From: Albugo candida
Lineage: Eukaryota
Assembly (NCBI GenBank): GCA_040437565.1
Contig: JBDOQK010000052.1
Span: 62,001 to 126,000 of the forward strand
Reading direction: 5' to 3'
DNA: 64,000 nucleotides
A program made the translations under genes and the position numbers. The notes under the pieces are model-generated. The model did not search any database, was not told the origin of the DNA, and was given only the letters and a program-made list of their open reading frames with translations. Each line of letters begins with the position of its first letter. Within the stretch, counting starts at the first letter, position 1. Below, piece after piece: positions 32,136 to 45,793 of the stretch.

Positions 32136-32693
32136 TCCACCCGATCAACTGCAAACCATGACATAGCTACGATTATGTGCCCTTAGTGCAATATTCACCA
32201 GCCCATTAGACTTGCTCGATACAGAAGTGATGCGTCATCCAATTCAATCCACACTTGGCCATTTTCTTCAACACGCAGTATGATGGAGCACAAATTTTCA
32301 GTCTGACATAACTTTGAAGAACGTGAGGCGTCGCTAATCCATAGGAAGATTCCTCCTTTTCGTACCAATACACTAGGAATTTCAATGCTTGTGAGCACAT
32401 TGATGTAATCATGCAGGATTTGTTATCACAGTGTTCACAAGCATTGAAATTCCTAGTGTATTGGTACGAAAAGGAGGAATCTTCCTATGGATTAGCGACG
32501 CCTCACGTTCTTTAAAGTTATGTTAGACTGAAAATTTGTGCTCCATCATACTGCGTGTTGCAGAAAATGGCCAAGTGTGGATTGAATTGGATGACGCATC
32601 ACTTCTGTATCGAGCAAGTCTAATGGACTGGTGAATATTGCACTAAGGGCACATAATCGTAGCTATGTCATGGTTTGCAGTTGATCGGGTGGA
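32136..32693. repeat. Long near-perfect inverted repeat (263 bp arms, 32 nt loop)
   Basis: 32136-32398 is the reverse complement of 32431-32693 with no indels and about 5 substitutions by eye. The left arm abuts an N gap. Confidence 0.95.
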
Positions 32694-33659
32694 TTGAAGC
32701 AATTGATAAAGTACAATATTCAGTAAGCGTTGGCTCTTGTTTTAGACTAGACAAGGTCGTTTCTAAACTCTAGCTAGAATACTAAGAGCTGAATATGGTC
32801 TAATCCTAGGTACTTGTAGGATGGCGAGAGTATTTAGTCCTAGTTCTTCGATAATCCTTTTGTGCTAGGAGACGAGAGCTAGGGAAGTGAATTGATTTCT
32901 TATTGCTTATGACACTGCATCTCACCCTTCAAGTCGATGCAGACCAGGTTCTCGGCACTGTCACCCGACGATCTCATTGGTGAGATGCGTATATGCACAG
33001 TCTTATTTGCTCCCAATCAGGCAATTAGTGCGTCGAAATGAGATGTCAAGGTTCTTCTTATCAAACTATACGTACGCCGTGACAAAGGGAGCATCGAGTA
33101 GTGTATAAATTCTATGAAATGAGAATGGTCAACTTTCAATTATTTCTGCGCCTACTTCCGATCTTTTACGAACATCAGTGAATCTACGTTTCTCAAAAAT
33201 AGACTTACGGAGTCCAGAAATTCAATTTGAATCGTTCGAACACTTTTTAGTCATGGCTATTTTCACATCGAACGTTTGTTTCGCAACTCGTGACTTGCTT
33301 TGGACAACAGACTAAATATCTTCGAGCAGTGGTAAAGACCTTATCTTAGTAGCTGATACAGTTGAAGGTGTCTATATCACTAGAATTAGATTAATGCCTA
33401 GGCTATCGTAAATAACATACATACATATAAAAAACGTTTCGTGAAATACCCGTGAGAGATGATAATATGTCTTCTCGTTGATAATCCCGTATCGCAGCAG
33501 CCTCAGCACCCTTAATACGAGACTGGGTCCAGCTTGTAAATGCTGTAAAGTTGTAAAATTCTAAAGTTGTAATAATGATCCAAAAGTACCGTGTTGTGCA
33601 ATCTGCTGTGCGCCACAACACTGTGAGCATAACCAGCCAACTAGGACTAGGATCCGAGT

Positions 33660-34208
33660 TGCACTTGCCTCCCACTCGCCTGTGCCGGACCCGTAGCAAT
33701 GATCTTCGACTTTTGAAAAATCCACCAAATGATCCTTGCGTTGAGAGTTGCTCCAGCACCTGTGCAAGCCGAATGCGTTCTTCTTGGTCGTAACACTGTC
33801 GTCGAAAGTACCGAACGTGCGCACTAAACGTGGTGTAAATGACGGAAAGTGCTGGAATTGTCGGAGTTGCTGATCGCTGATCGAACAGACGACGATTCCG
33901 ATCGGTCCAGACGAAGTGCAGTGTCACCGCTTGCAATGCAAGCCATAAGTCTGATATAATATCTAATATTCTTGCCAAGCCGACCGTAGTGTTGGTACGA
34001 TTGCACATGCAATATGCGTCCAACGTGGTCGGGAAGAGAAAAACTGATCCCAACTAGGGAGTAACTCCCTCCATAACTGAGCCGTGTGATCGCACTCTAA
34101 AAAGAGATGTTGATCGGATTCCACTGCCCCACACGAAGGCTGCGTGCACAATATAATGTCGGGCTGAATATCCTTCAAGAACCAGAAACGAGATCGAACT
34201 GGCAACAT
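33660..34208 (-). mobile_element. LINE (L1/Tx1-like) retrotransposon ORF2 C-terminal remnant (zf-RVT)
   Basis: LPVRSRFWFL...CTQPSCGAVESDQHLFLECDHTAQLW and LHFVWTDRNRRLF lie in two frames (disrupted). Confidence 0.8.
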
Positions 34209-37200
34209 NNNNNNNNNNNNNNNNNNNNNNNNNNNNNNNNNNNNNNNNNNNNNNNNNNNNNNNNNNNNNNNNNNNNNNNNNNNNNNNNNNNNNNNNNNNN
34301 NNNNNNNNTCGATATGTCGACTTGAACCATTGTTTTCGAGAGGAAAGAGTTGAAAAAAGTTGTTTTTTCGAGGTGTTTTTACTAAATTAGCAGGTTACTT
34401 AGTATCCGGCAAATTGAGAAGTTAGTAGCTGATACAGGAGAGTGAAGTACCGGCGTATCCTCACGGTAATAAACAATTTGTTGATGCGTAATATAGTGTA
34501 AGGGTGTAAGAGTGTAAAGAAAAGCTATGGCAAGAAAAACGCCTACGTTGGTGGGGACATATATATTGCATGAGAGTGCCTCAAGTGAGGAAGCTTCTGT
34601 TCAAAAGCTCTTGTATGTTTATCAAGATTGAATAAGAAAGGTATCGCTTTCTTATCTGTCTGAGACAAATTTGGGCTATAATCCTATAATCGACTTATTA
34701 TAAGCCACCTCGTACATCCGCTCGTAACTACTTCGAATTGAGTTTTCATCTATCAAATCTGGATTGTAGAGGTCCAACACATAAAATCATGAGGTGTACG
34801 AGGACACTAGATACTATAATTTTTCTCATCAAGCTCTAAACTAACGAAATGACTTATCCGAGAAGTTCCATCTAAAAATAAGGTTGCTTCAAGTGTGGAA
34901 AGCTCTACTGATACATTACCACCCTCTTTTTGACATGGACTAGTATTTGCTGGTAATTTGGGAGCAATCCATAAGATCAAGGGCTTGCATCAGCGCTCTA
35001 ATACCCATAATGCGCCCGCTGCTTTGTAAAGACACCGATATGTGTAGTGACGTTTGCAAGAGCCTTACCAAAGACTTTCGAGCTTGAATCGTGGCACGAT
35101 GTACATTTTTATCTCACGACTGCGTAAACCATCTAGACAACCAGAAGGTTGGCATAGCAAAGTCATTCATAACAATTTGATCGGTGAAAACATAATTTGC
35201 TTATTTAAGGTATCGTGATAGATGTAATCACTACGACTGGAAATTCAGCTACTATGATGAGGGGAGCTATCGAAGCAACTGTACTTTTTTGATCCACGTC
35301 AATGCTTACTGCATCTCCGCTTTCCCGACGAGTTCCACAATTTGTTCAAGCATCCAACTATCCCTAATTCACTGCTAAATGACTCGATCGCTTTATAACT
35401 TTGCAGCTTTCCTTCTTGGCTCCAACTGACTTACCATAATGCAAACCATCGATAGGTACCGCTTCCGGGCTCGCTTCAACGACTTTTAACTTACCAATCA
35501 GCGCTGACGCGTGGTACAAGTTTGATTAAGCCATGGGCTAATGACTTTCGGCCAATAAAACAATCCCTTTTTCTCCGTGATCGCTGATTGGTTGGAGCGC
35601 AAAGCGTTAAAGTACTATCGACAGCATGCAGGTGATCATGAAATACGAGTATCAGCTTACCTTCGCTTTCCTGCGTGTTTGTGCGAGAGACTCACATCAG
35701 AAGATGCGTTGAGATGAAGAAAAAACTTCATGAGTGGATGTGTCTGGTACCGTGTACTTAGGAATATGTAATAGAGTTTCTTGAAAGACAAAACAAGAAA
35801 AAATTGAAGCTTATTTTTGCAATATTTAACAACCTTGATAAGCATACGGTAGTCTCTTCTCAATTTGACGCACGCATGCATGAACTATGCCCCATCAGCG
35901 CAGGCTTATTTGGTGTCAAAGCTTTTCCCTACACACCACTAATGATGCATATATAATGCAGCAAGATCGTGGTTGCTACCCTGTGGATGATATACCGCTA
36001 CTCGGCTATCCCGCTTTGGCTACAAGGGGTGAGACAAGACCTTATCGGTAGTTGCGGGCAACTAGTCTGCAACCCAAAGCAAGTTGCGACTTTCGAATTA
36101 GCACGTTCGATATGTAAGTAGCAATGACCTAAAAAGGCGTGTGAACGAAGTAATTCGAAGGATTGTCGAAGTCAAGCTTGTGATATAGTACTCGGAAAAC
36201 GGGGATTAACTCTGGTTCGTGATGCGATCGGATTTAGTGCAAAAGCATCCATGAAGTTTAGACACTGCCGAAATTTGCTCACATTGCCACGGCTGGAATC
36301 TGAGATGATGTTTCGGACCTTCTGTACGCATGATCATGCATACGCAACCATCTGAATGATGGTAGCATGTTGTTTAGAATTGTTCGCCGAACTGATAGCA
36401 ATGCCGACTTCCTGTCTTGCATCCAAATGCTGGGTGAGATCCAATCATAGTAGCAATATGAAACTGATCGGCTCATCTAACTGTTGTCTCTGGCGCTAAA
36501 AGGTACTTTCACGATATACGACTAAATACTTTGTCCGTCCTACAAGGAACTATAGCTTGAATTTTGTACCGATCTCATCTGGTTTGAACCAAAAGCCAGC
36601 ACTTTCTGGATGTTTAACTTGGTGATACAACTACATGAAAGAACATCAATGTGTTGAAGGAAAGAAAAGCAACAAGCACATGCTTTTCTTGAACGTGCTG
36701 AAGTCCATCAGAGCAAGTATGCGTTCGATGTAGTGGTGTTTATGTAGGACACTTCCTGATCAGCGACACCCCANNNNNNNNNNNNNNNNNNNNNNNNNNN
36801 NNNNNNNNNNNNNNNNNNNNNNNNNNNNNNNNNNNNNNNNNNNNNNNNNNNNNNNNNNNNNNNNNNNNNNNNNCTACATGAAAGAACATCAATGTGTTGA
36901 AGGAAAGAAAAGCAACAAGCACATGCTTTTCTTGAACGTGCTGAAGTCCATCAGAGCAAGTATGCGTTCGATGTAGTGGTGTTTATGTAGGACACTTCCT
37001 GATCAGCGACACCCCACTTTTATAGCTTACGTAAGATTGACCAGTTGTGCTCCATCGCACTGCACTTACAAATGCTAGCTTCCGATCACTTTTTAATTTG
37101 AAAATTTCGGCATAGAGCGAGTCTTTTTGTACTGAAGAAATTGCACTATGGTTGCAGTGTTGTAGCCGCGTCAGTTGCGAGTTCAAACATTAGACGGAAG

Positions 37201-37320
37201 ACTGCGCCAAAAGTCCTTGATGAACTAAGGGGGGTCATACTAGTCACAAGCATCACCGTACATTTCTTCTTTCTACGATGCGACTGATGTTGCAAGACAG
37301 ACAACGGGATTATAAAAAAA

Positions 37321-38302
37321 GGAAATTGTTCTATTCACTCCCTTTTTGGTTAAATTCGCTCTTTTTTTAAGTCAGGTGGGGGTACACATAAATATACTAT
37401 GTATACTTTTTACTTATATTTAGGGAATTGTTATATATACTCCTTTTTCACTCCCTAATACGTCACGTGACTAGAAATGTTATATGGACTTGCTTTCGGT
37501 TAAATTCACTCACGTCTACGTGATTACTCTTCAGACAAGAGAACCTTTTGCCCTCTCCGCAACTTACCTTCCACCAACTTTGATTGTGCAGTGTGAGAAT
37601 GGTACTGTGAAGAGAGCGCTCATTGTAACAAGGCAGTCATGCTAGAACGGAGGCAAATGGTAACTGACGCCATACTTTCTGTTTCTCAATACAGCGGATG
37701 CAACCGACTTTTCTTCGACATCAACTTTGAAGACTTTGCTTCCACCGAACGACAACGGCATGTAAAGAGATGCTGCCATTCACGCAATAACAGAACGCTG
37801 ACGCGCAGCAAAGGCCACACCTTTGTGCTTAGCTGACGCAATGGGCACTCCAGACATGCTACCTTTCCAAGAGGCCAGATATGGTAGCCGTAAAGAATTG
37901 CTTTTCGCAGCACAGAAATGGACGTTTGGCCACGGATACGCAATGACTGTCAAACGTTCGGCTACCGGAAAAAATGCATACTTGAAATGTGACCGTGGTG
38001 GTGCACACCTGTCTCAAGTATCAGAACGGAGCTACAGACGGCATCTCGGCGTATTCAATGCACCTTTCTCCTCTCTACGAATTATCTATGTGTGTCACGT
38101 GACTTGAAAAGAAGTGAATATAGCAATCTCCTATGTATAAATAAAAAGTATACATAGTGTAATAATGTTTGTCGCTTGAATTGAAGGGGAGTGAAAATAA
38201 CAGATCCCTAAATATAAGTAAAAAGTATACATAGTATAATTATGTGTGCCACCTGTCTTGAAAAGGGAGTGAATTAACCAAAAAAGGAGTGAATATAACA
38301 AT
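37321..38302 (+). mobile_element. Non-autonomous Mutator-like element (~1 kb) with long TIRs
   Basis: 37321-37470 is an inverted copy of ~38092-38302 (e.g. ccctaaatataagtaaaaagtatacatagta). The internal remnant SRKELLFAAQKWTFGHGYAMTVKRS...YLKCDRGG resembles the FAR1/MULE N-terminal DNA-binding region. Confidence 0.75.
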
Positions 38303-40736
38303 GGGAATTGCTGTTTCCACCCATCTTTTTTCCACCCACCAACGTAATTTTTTGACCAATCAGATTGTGACGTTATTACCACACCAATGTGACTTTCTGA
38401 ACAATCAGATTACGGCGTTATTTCCACCCAACTTTTTACTATTTCTACCCACCTTTATCAATGTCCTATTTCATCAATTGCAACCAATCTTTTGCCACTC
38501 GTTGTGATCTCATTGAACACGCTCACCACGTGTGTCGTGAGTCTGGCTAGGGGGTGTCGATAAAACGTTCATATGGAGACAGGCGAGTTTTGCCTGCTTG
38601 TGATCTTGGTGGGGAGTATAGGAGACGCTCTGCTGGAAACGTTGAGGGAAAGACACGAAAAACAGGAACCAGACTGCAGGGGTGTCCTTGGGAGGCATCT
38701 GGAAAGAAAAACGGAGATGGTTGCTGGAAGGTCAAAATACGCAACATCCAACACAATCATGAACCTTCAGAGAGTATGACCAGCACCCAGGATGCCGAAG
38801 AATGACTGAAGAAGAAAAGGGCCGCGTACAGGAACTCGTATCAGCTGGAGTATCCGCACGTCAGGGGTTAACTCTTTTGCGTCGTGAATCTCCCGAATCT
38901 ACGAAAACCTTCTACAAGGCCAAAGCGCAATGTCGTTTGAAGGAATTGGCAGGCAGGTTCCCGATCCAGGCTTGGATGGATGAACTCACATCGAGTACGT
39001 GGACTTATAGTGTTAAAACCACCCGTGATGGGCGCGTCACACATTTGTTCATGGCCCATCCAACATCCATCCGTTTAGCTCGCCGGTATTGTGGGATTCT
39101 TCTCTTGGATTGTACGTACAAAACGAACGGATTCAGGATGCCTCTGCTGAGCATTGTTGGACGAACGGGAATGAACTCAACATTTTACTTGGCTTTTGGA
39201 TTTTTATCAGGGGAGGGGGAGGCATATTATATCTGGGCACTTCAGCAGTTGCGAAACATGTTGGTACAAACTCCGGACGTTCTGGTGACAGATCGCGACT
39301 TGGCACTAGCTGGTGCCATTGAAGAAATATTTCCGGACTGCGCACATCTCCTATGCATGTGGCACATCGAAAAATATGTACTTGCGAATTGCAAGAAAGA
39401 ATTTGGCACGAACGAGGAATGGGAGGTTTTTTTGGAAAATTGGAAAAGTGGTTGTAGATTAAAGACAATTGCAAACTATGATGCAGGATGGAGTGCATTT
39501 AAAATTAAGTATGCTGGAAATCGGACGTTGTCAGCTATTTGGAGAAAACCTGGATTCCGCATAAAAAAATATGTGCGTGCCTGGACAGACAAGGTGATGC
39601 ATTTTCAAAATACTTCGACGTCGGCGGTTGAAGAAGCGCGTTCAGCTTTGAAGCGGTACCTACAAACATCTACTGGAAATCTGGATCTTGTTCAGGCAAG
39701 AATGAAGCAAGCCATTGAGCACCAAGCCCGGGAGCTTGAAGCAAACATTGCTAGCGANNNNNNNNNNNNNNNNNNNNNNNNNNNNNNNNNNNNNNNNNNN
39801 NNNNNNNNNNNNNNNNNNNNNNNNNNNNNNNNNNNNNNNNNNNNNNNNNNNNNNNNNATCTACTGGAAATCTGGATCTTGTTCAGGCAAGAATGAAGCAA
39901 GCCATTGAGCACCAAGCCCGGGAGCTTGAAGCAAACATTGCTAGCGAACGCATCCGAATCCCACATGTATTCCGTGGTAGTGTAAGTTTTGAGGAGCTGG
40001 TTGGGCGCGTCTCCGTTTTTGCTCTGAAAAACAATCGAAGAGCAGTTTAATAGACCGGAAGAAGATTTGTAGAATGCCTGCAGTCATATGTTGCGGAGTA
40101 CTATGGGATTACCATGTGTGCATGAAATCCGTGATCTTTGTAACAGCCCCATACCCTTAACATTCATCCACCAGCACTGGCACCTAGGTGACATTGATTA
40201 CAGTGCAATAAGGGAAGGGGCCAAGCAAGTTTCTATCATGCCGAACAACATCGCATCCTTTCCGCTCTACTTGAAAGCACTGGAAAGCCGCTATTTAAAT
40301 TGTTTGCCAGCCCAACAGTCAATCATTCATGTTAGAATTTCGGTATTGGTAAGTGGGAATTTCTCGGTCCTTGCTGAACCTTCTGTCGTGGAGGCGAAAG
40401 GACGTCCACTTGGGGCTCAAAATAAGGTTCTCAACTCATCAACAAAGCGCGAACCGTCAGCATTTGAGCATGCAATGAAGCCTAAACGGCAATGTAAAAA
40501 ATGTAACAGGGAGGGACATGATATCCGAAAATGTCCCACGATGATTTCAACACTATTTTCATCTTGTAGGCAAGATGCAGATGAGCAAAGTAAAAGGAAA
40601 AACTGAATTAGCATATACTAATTTTGCCCAATCATATAATAAAAAGGTGGGTGGAAATAGTAAAAATTGGTGTGGTAATAACGTCGTAATCTGATTGATC
40701 AAAAAATCACATTGGTGAGTGGAAATAGCAATTCCC
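38303..40736 (+). mobile_element. Mutator-like DNA transposon (MULE) with frameshifted transposase
   Basis: TIRs GGGAATTGCT... and ...AGCAATTCCC. Transposase motifs CDLGG...GCPW...HNH, LLDCTYKTN..MPL, VTDRDLAL, HLLCMWH, MGLPCVH and CKKCNREGHDIRKC. No TSD seen. Confidence 0.9.
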
Positions 40737-41149
40737 TTATTTTATTTTATTGTTTCATTTTGTTGCAATTATTCAGACCAATAAGAGGCCACGCTTTTCA
40801 TAAATTTATAAAGGGTGGGGGCTGATTAACGATCCCGTAATTTATTTTTATTTATTTTCCTATATTTGTTTCAACCAATCAAAAGCCATAATCGCGATTG
40901 ATTTATGGAGGCTGAGTGCTCATTACAGAAAAGGGGGAGTGCTGAATAACGATTCCCATAAAAAGAATATAGCAAATCTGTATACTATACGTACGGATAT
41001 ACACACACCTAGGATTATAACGAGAAAAACCTAGTCTTGGATGGAAAACCTCTGATCAATGAAGCACGAATTAGTGAGAATAACGACTTTCTTAAAAAAA
41101 ATCAAAAAAATCTGTAATCATGCGTCCCTTATCGGACAGGTCCTACGAT

Positions 41150-42824
41150 TATGGCCAAAATGGTTGCATATTCCACACTCGTTCGGCGCTTTTCCATTTT
41201 CTCAGTAGCTTGTTGCTATGGATCCGCTTCTTCTTTGGGCGCCCTTTTTTTCTCAGAATAGATGGAGCGTTGCACACACCTCGTGTGAGATCATTTTCAG
41301 CACGATTAGCATTATGTTATCGTCGGATGTCTCAGAATAGGCGGCCGCAATCGTCGAGATTTCCAGGAGTCATGAAAATACGTGACCATGTTGGGCAATT
41401 CTCTGGAATACCGCAATGCTACTAATGCATGAATGCAAGTCAAGCCATCGTCTTCAAAGTACCCAGACGAGTATCGCACAGCTTTCGAGAAATTGAAGAA
41501 TTGAACTGCAAATTTCATCGGAATACTCCCCAACCCTGAGCGGATTGCAGCGATGTAGCAACAGGTCGAACATTCATCAATTTCACCTCACCTCGCAGCG
41601 GCCATTGTTTTATTCACCTTTCGTGATGCATATGGAGTAAGTACTTCCCAGTCTTTCACTTTGCTGATATTTTCAGCCCATTTGCACCCCACGTACCTTC
41701 CAATTCCCATTAAGCAGTCGATGATAGGAAGACTCCGAATTCCCCTCAACACGCTGTTTACCGCCTCCACAATGTTGATGTCAAAGTGTTGTATCTTGGA
41801 CATGGTGAGTAAGCTGTTGACCAATTTTTACGATCAAACTTCTGTAGCCACACCAGCGCACTGCTGTTCGAAATGTCGATATTCGCTTTAGCCTTCTCGC
41901 ACTCCACCGTTGTTCGTCACCGAGCCAATATTCACGCCAAATTCTTCAACAGCTTGGACTTGTATTTCTTGATAAAAGTCTCCATCAAATGCTATAAGCA
42001 GAAGTAAGGTGAGACGTCTGGTTTCGATGTATGCATAGCTATTACAAGTCCCTTGTCTCTATCCGATATCACGAATGCTGGAGATGGCTGGAGGCGAGAG
42101 AGTAGGAAGTCAAAAACCAGCTCCAGTTACCTTAATTAACACCGACACGAGCCCAACTCCGATAATTTGGATATCGCTGTTTTCATTTCGAAAGCACGAT
42201 GCAAGGAGAATCCTACCAATTGAGGTTTTTATAAATGTGCCGTGCACGGATATCACACGCTCACTGCATGACTTATATGAAGCCCTTCTCAGGAAATGAT
42301 ACTCAACCGCATAAATCCATTATCTACGATATTAAGCTTGGCTTCGAGGCCTCAAATGTTTAGTTCAGCTATGTAGGATAGAATGAGGCTGTACTGCTCA
42401 ATATCACTATTGAATAACTCAAGATTCAACTTCTTGAGTGCGTGAGCACAGTTCATATATGTGGAGGAGTAAGGTTCCTGCCGGAGATCATGGCCATATC
42501 TCTGACTGAAGAGTTTACAGCAATTTTCTTCGCAGTTGTATATCTACGAGACGCCTTTGACGATTCGGATAATTGACAGGAGTGCAAAACAAACTTTTTT
42601 GGAGGGCTGATTGTCTGCGAAAAGGCAAACTAAACAACGAAGAAACAGACATGCTGTGTGCACACTGCTTTGTAACGCAGCTTGTCACTCGACCACACAC
42701 GAAATCGACGGTTACAATTTCGTTTGTACTCAATTACTGCTTGAATTATACCCCTCTTATTGGCATAAGTCCTGTTCTCGAAAAAGCTGCTGCTACTTTG
42801 CTGCTTTTCGTCCTCGTTTTCCAT
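41150..42824 (-). mobile_element. Degenerate MuDR-type transposase
   Basis: Fragments VIEYKRNCNRRFRVWSSDKLRYKAVC, VISDRDKGL, NIVEAVNSVLRGIRSLPI, CIHALVAL and GRPKKKRI, with many stops and frameshifts. Confidence 0.75.
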
Positions 42825-42916
42825 CGCTGGTATTGAAATGTGTAATGTGTATACCCGTACATATAGCATACAGCCTTGGTATGTTTTTTTATAATCCCGA
42901 AGTCAATCTATATAGG

Positions 42917-43131
42917 GTATTGATATTCCGAAGACTTTTTTTTAATTAGATTTTTTTTTTCATTTAAATTACATCATGCCTTTTTAGATTATTACTCCCA
43001 CAACTTTTTTGGAGCAATAATTAGTGGTATTGATATCCTGACAACTTTTTTTTATTTCATTCGTTCGCAATTTAGATTACGTTATGCCTACTTGAATTAT
43101 TACTCCCACAGCTTTTTTGAAAAATAAATAA
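42917..43131. repeat. Degenerate two-copy ~110 bp AT-rich direct repeat (probable subterminal repeat of the MuDR remnant)
   Basis: gtattgatat...attattactcccaca.cttttt occurs twice. Confidence 0.6.
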
Positions 43132-44384
43132 GTTTACATTTTCAACAAATAGAAGTCATTTACGTCTAAGGCTAAATCTAGTAGAGAAAGATACCTCTAA
43201 CTGAGCTAAACACTCATCACTAGTGGACGATTCATTGCCAGTTTGTTAAGCTATAATGCCTCGTAAAGATGCAAAAGTTATTATACACTAACGGCGAAGG
43301 TAAAATGTGTTGAAAAATAATTCTGTGAAGGAATAATGTCTAATTTTCTATAAAAGCTTGTTCTGAATCTACCCTTGTAACCGGAATTCCGCAAGACCCG
43401 CTTGTTATGGCCGATTTTCCGCAATTGCTGCACCTGTATTTTCCTGTGTCCGATGCTCAAATGTCATGTGTCAAATGGAAGTAATAGCCTATCACAGATG
43501 AGACTTTGTGTGTATTAGCCAAACACAAATAATTCTCGATTGGAGCTGTTGGAGCAACAATTTAGGGTGTGTNNNNNNNNNNNNNNNNNNNNNNNNNNNN
43601 NNNNNNNNNNNNNNNNNNNNNNNNNNNNNNNNNNNNNNNNNNNNNNNNNNNNNNNNNNNNNNNNNNNNNNNNTGTGTGGATGCAATTAGTTAGAAATGTA
43701 AAATCATGTAAGTATTTTGCAACAAAAAAAAAAGTTGTGAGAGTGATAATTCAACTAGGCATGTTGTAATTTAGTGAAAAAGGCGTCGGGATCTCAATAC
43801 CCTTTATGAATACATAATAAAAAGGTGCCGAGAATGATGCAACTTGGCATATTATCAACATTAAGCTTCCGTAGACCTTCTTCTCTTCACAGCGAGTGAT
43901 TACACAAATCCGTAATGATGATTCTGTGCACAAAGTCATGGAACGTTGCTCTCGACTTGGGATTCTTCCAAGTGCGTGTTCAGAGGTACGAGTAAGATCT
44001 AGTCGTACGTATTGGTATGCATAAGCGGTTGAGAATGCTTGCATACTCACATAAACAATTAAAACCACTTCTCGTCAGCCCCAAAGTGAGGTTCAGTTTT
44101 CTACGCTATTTATGTGAACAATATTTTCTCATAGCAAAGCTATCGACTACAAAAAACAACAGGCGACTTCAATTCTCAATCCCTGATCACATTGGGACAA
44201 CGCAACTCGACTTGATTAGATACGTACAAGGATACCTGGTGAGTGTGTTTGCACTATTGAATGCCCCCACCTAGATGTTCGGAGATTGCCCAAGCTTTAC
44301 TGCATTCCTTCGAGCACGATGTCTTCAAGCGATCAATGGAATTTTCTGGCAACGGGGCACTTCCACCAGCAGTGTCTATAACGC

Positions 44385-45250
44385 TTCTGGTGCATGTAGG
44401 CAACTGCATCAGTATCGATAAGTATGGTAATGATGATGGTTTCGTTCTTTCGGTCCACACAAAAGAGTGCAACTACAGCATTACCGCTCATTTCAGGATC
44501 CTCGAAACTCTCATTGAAAGATAAATCAATACAGTGGGTTCTTATTGCGCTACGCTTCACACATTGTCCCGTACTCGATGATAGGAGTGCTGGAGACTGT
44601 ACTGTCGGCGAATCATATGAACCATTAGAGTGCTGGTGATCTCGAGAACGCTCCAAAGACTACTGATGATGATTTTTAGTCACAGTACCCGATTTGGCGA
44701 AGCATGATCATTCCGACACATATTTTTGCTTTCATGTGTACATATTCTGGTAATAATATTGTGGCACGACATGGATCCACTACATCAACGATATTGCTTC
44801 AGTTGGATAGCACAGGATTTCAATCGTTTCCGTGATCTCTTGCGAATGAAATATTGATGTACCTCTGGTCAGATTGCAACTCTCCGCCGTTCAACCTCTG
44901 GGCTCACACTCATTTTCAAGTGGATGTCTTCGATTCAGCTCAATAATGCCGTTAATTTGGGTCGTGGTCGCGCATCTTTTCACACTAAAGGCTATCACAT
45001 CAATTCACGCCATCACACATTGTATCACTTGGTGACTGGAAGCATAGTCAATCTCTGCAAGGAGGGGATTGTACTTTTATATGAAGTGCATAGTTAAGCG
45101 TTATCCAGGATATTGAATCTGCTCGTTTTTCGCTGATAAGATGCACTGAACACGCACTCCCTGGCGATCATTTATATCGTTCTACTCATGAGGTTTTCCA
45201 GTTAATGTCGTTGAAATCATGCAGAAACGGAGGATGATAGTCAGAGTGAT
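44385..45250. repeat. Diverged segmental duplication: downstream flank of copy A, homologous to 57230-58080 (downstream of copy D)
   Basis: Shared collinear blocks, e.g. atccactacatcaacg, ttgcttcagttgga, gtgactggaagcatagt and atcatgcagaaacggag. Confidence 0.85.
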
Positions 45251-45793
45251 CATGAGTACCATCGGGCGTGGTGCCAAACAAATAGGTCAAGTATCTGTTT
45301 AAATGCATACCTGCTCCTTCTATGCGCACGAAAAGAGCAATAATAGAGACGTAGCATCGGCCTGCAATGACGGCAAATATGGAGGTGATCGATATCTGCT
45401 CTATCGTATAGAGCGACTGCGTAAATACGGACAGGCATGGATCCTTCGTTGTAAAGACGTGTGGGATCGACTGAGATAAGAACGAAGAAGGCCTTATTTC
45501 TGTGAACCGGGGGGGCAAGAGAGTACAATATCGTGCTCATGATTTCGACAGGATAAACATTTCGCGCACAAGTATCGCGACTTGGCATACAGGTTATTTG
45601 TGGCCAAGACGCATTGTGTCTCAGTCTGGCTTGGTTCGGCCATCCGTTTTGTCCTTCAAGCGAGATTTTTGAGATCGTTGAGAACGAGGGCAGCGAGTTC
45701 ACAGCTGTAGCCTCTCGTGCCCGGGTATGTGGACTGCAATGGGATTAGCAAGCTCCCGGCATAATTGCAATCAAATCAAGTGTACTATGTATT

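Noticed and set aside
34300-37200. Possible decayed genes on the minus strand
   Set aside because: Codon-like stretches with many stops but no family motif I can recognise, so unsupported.
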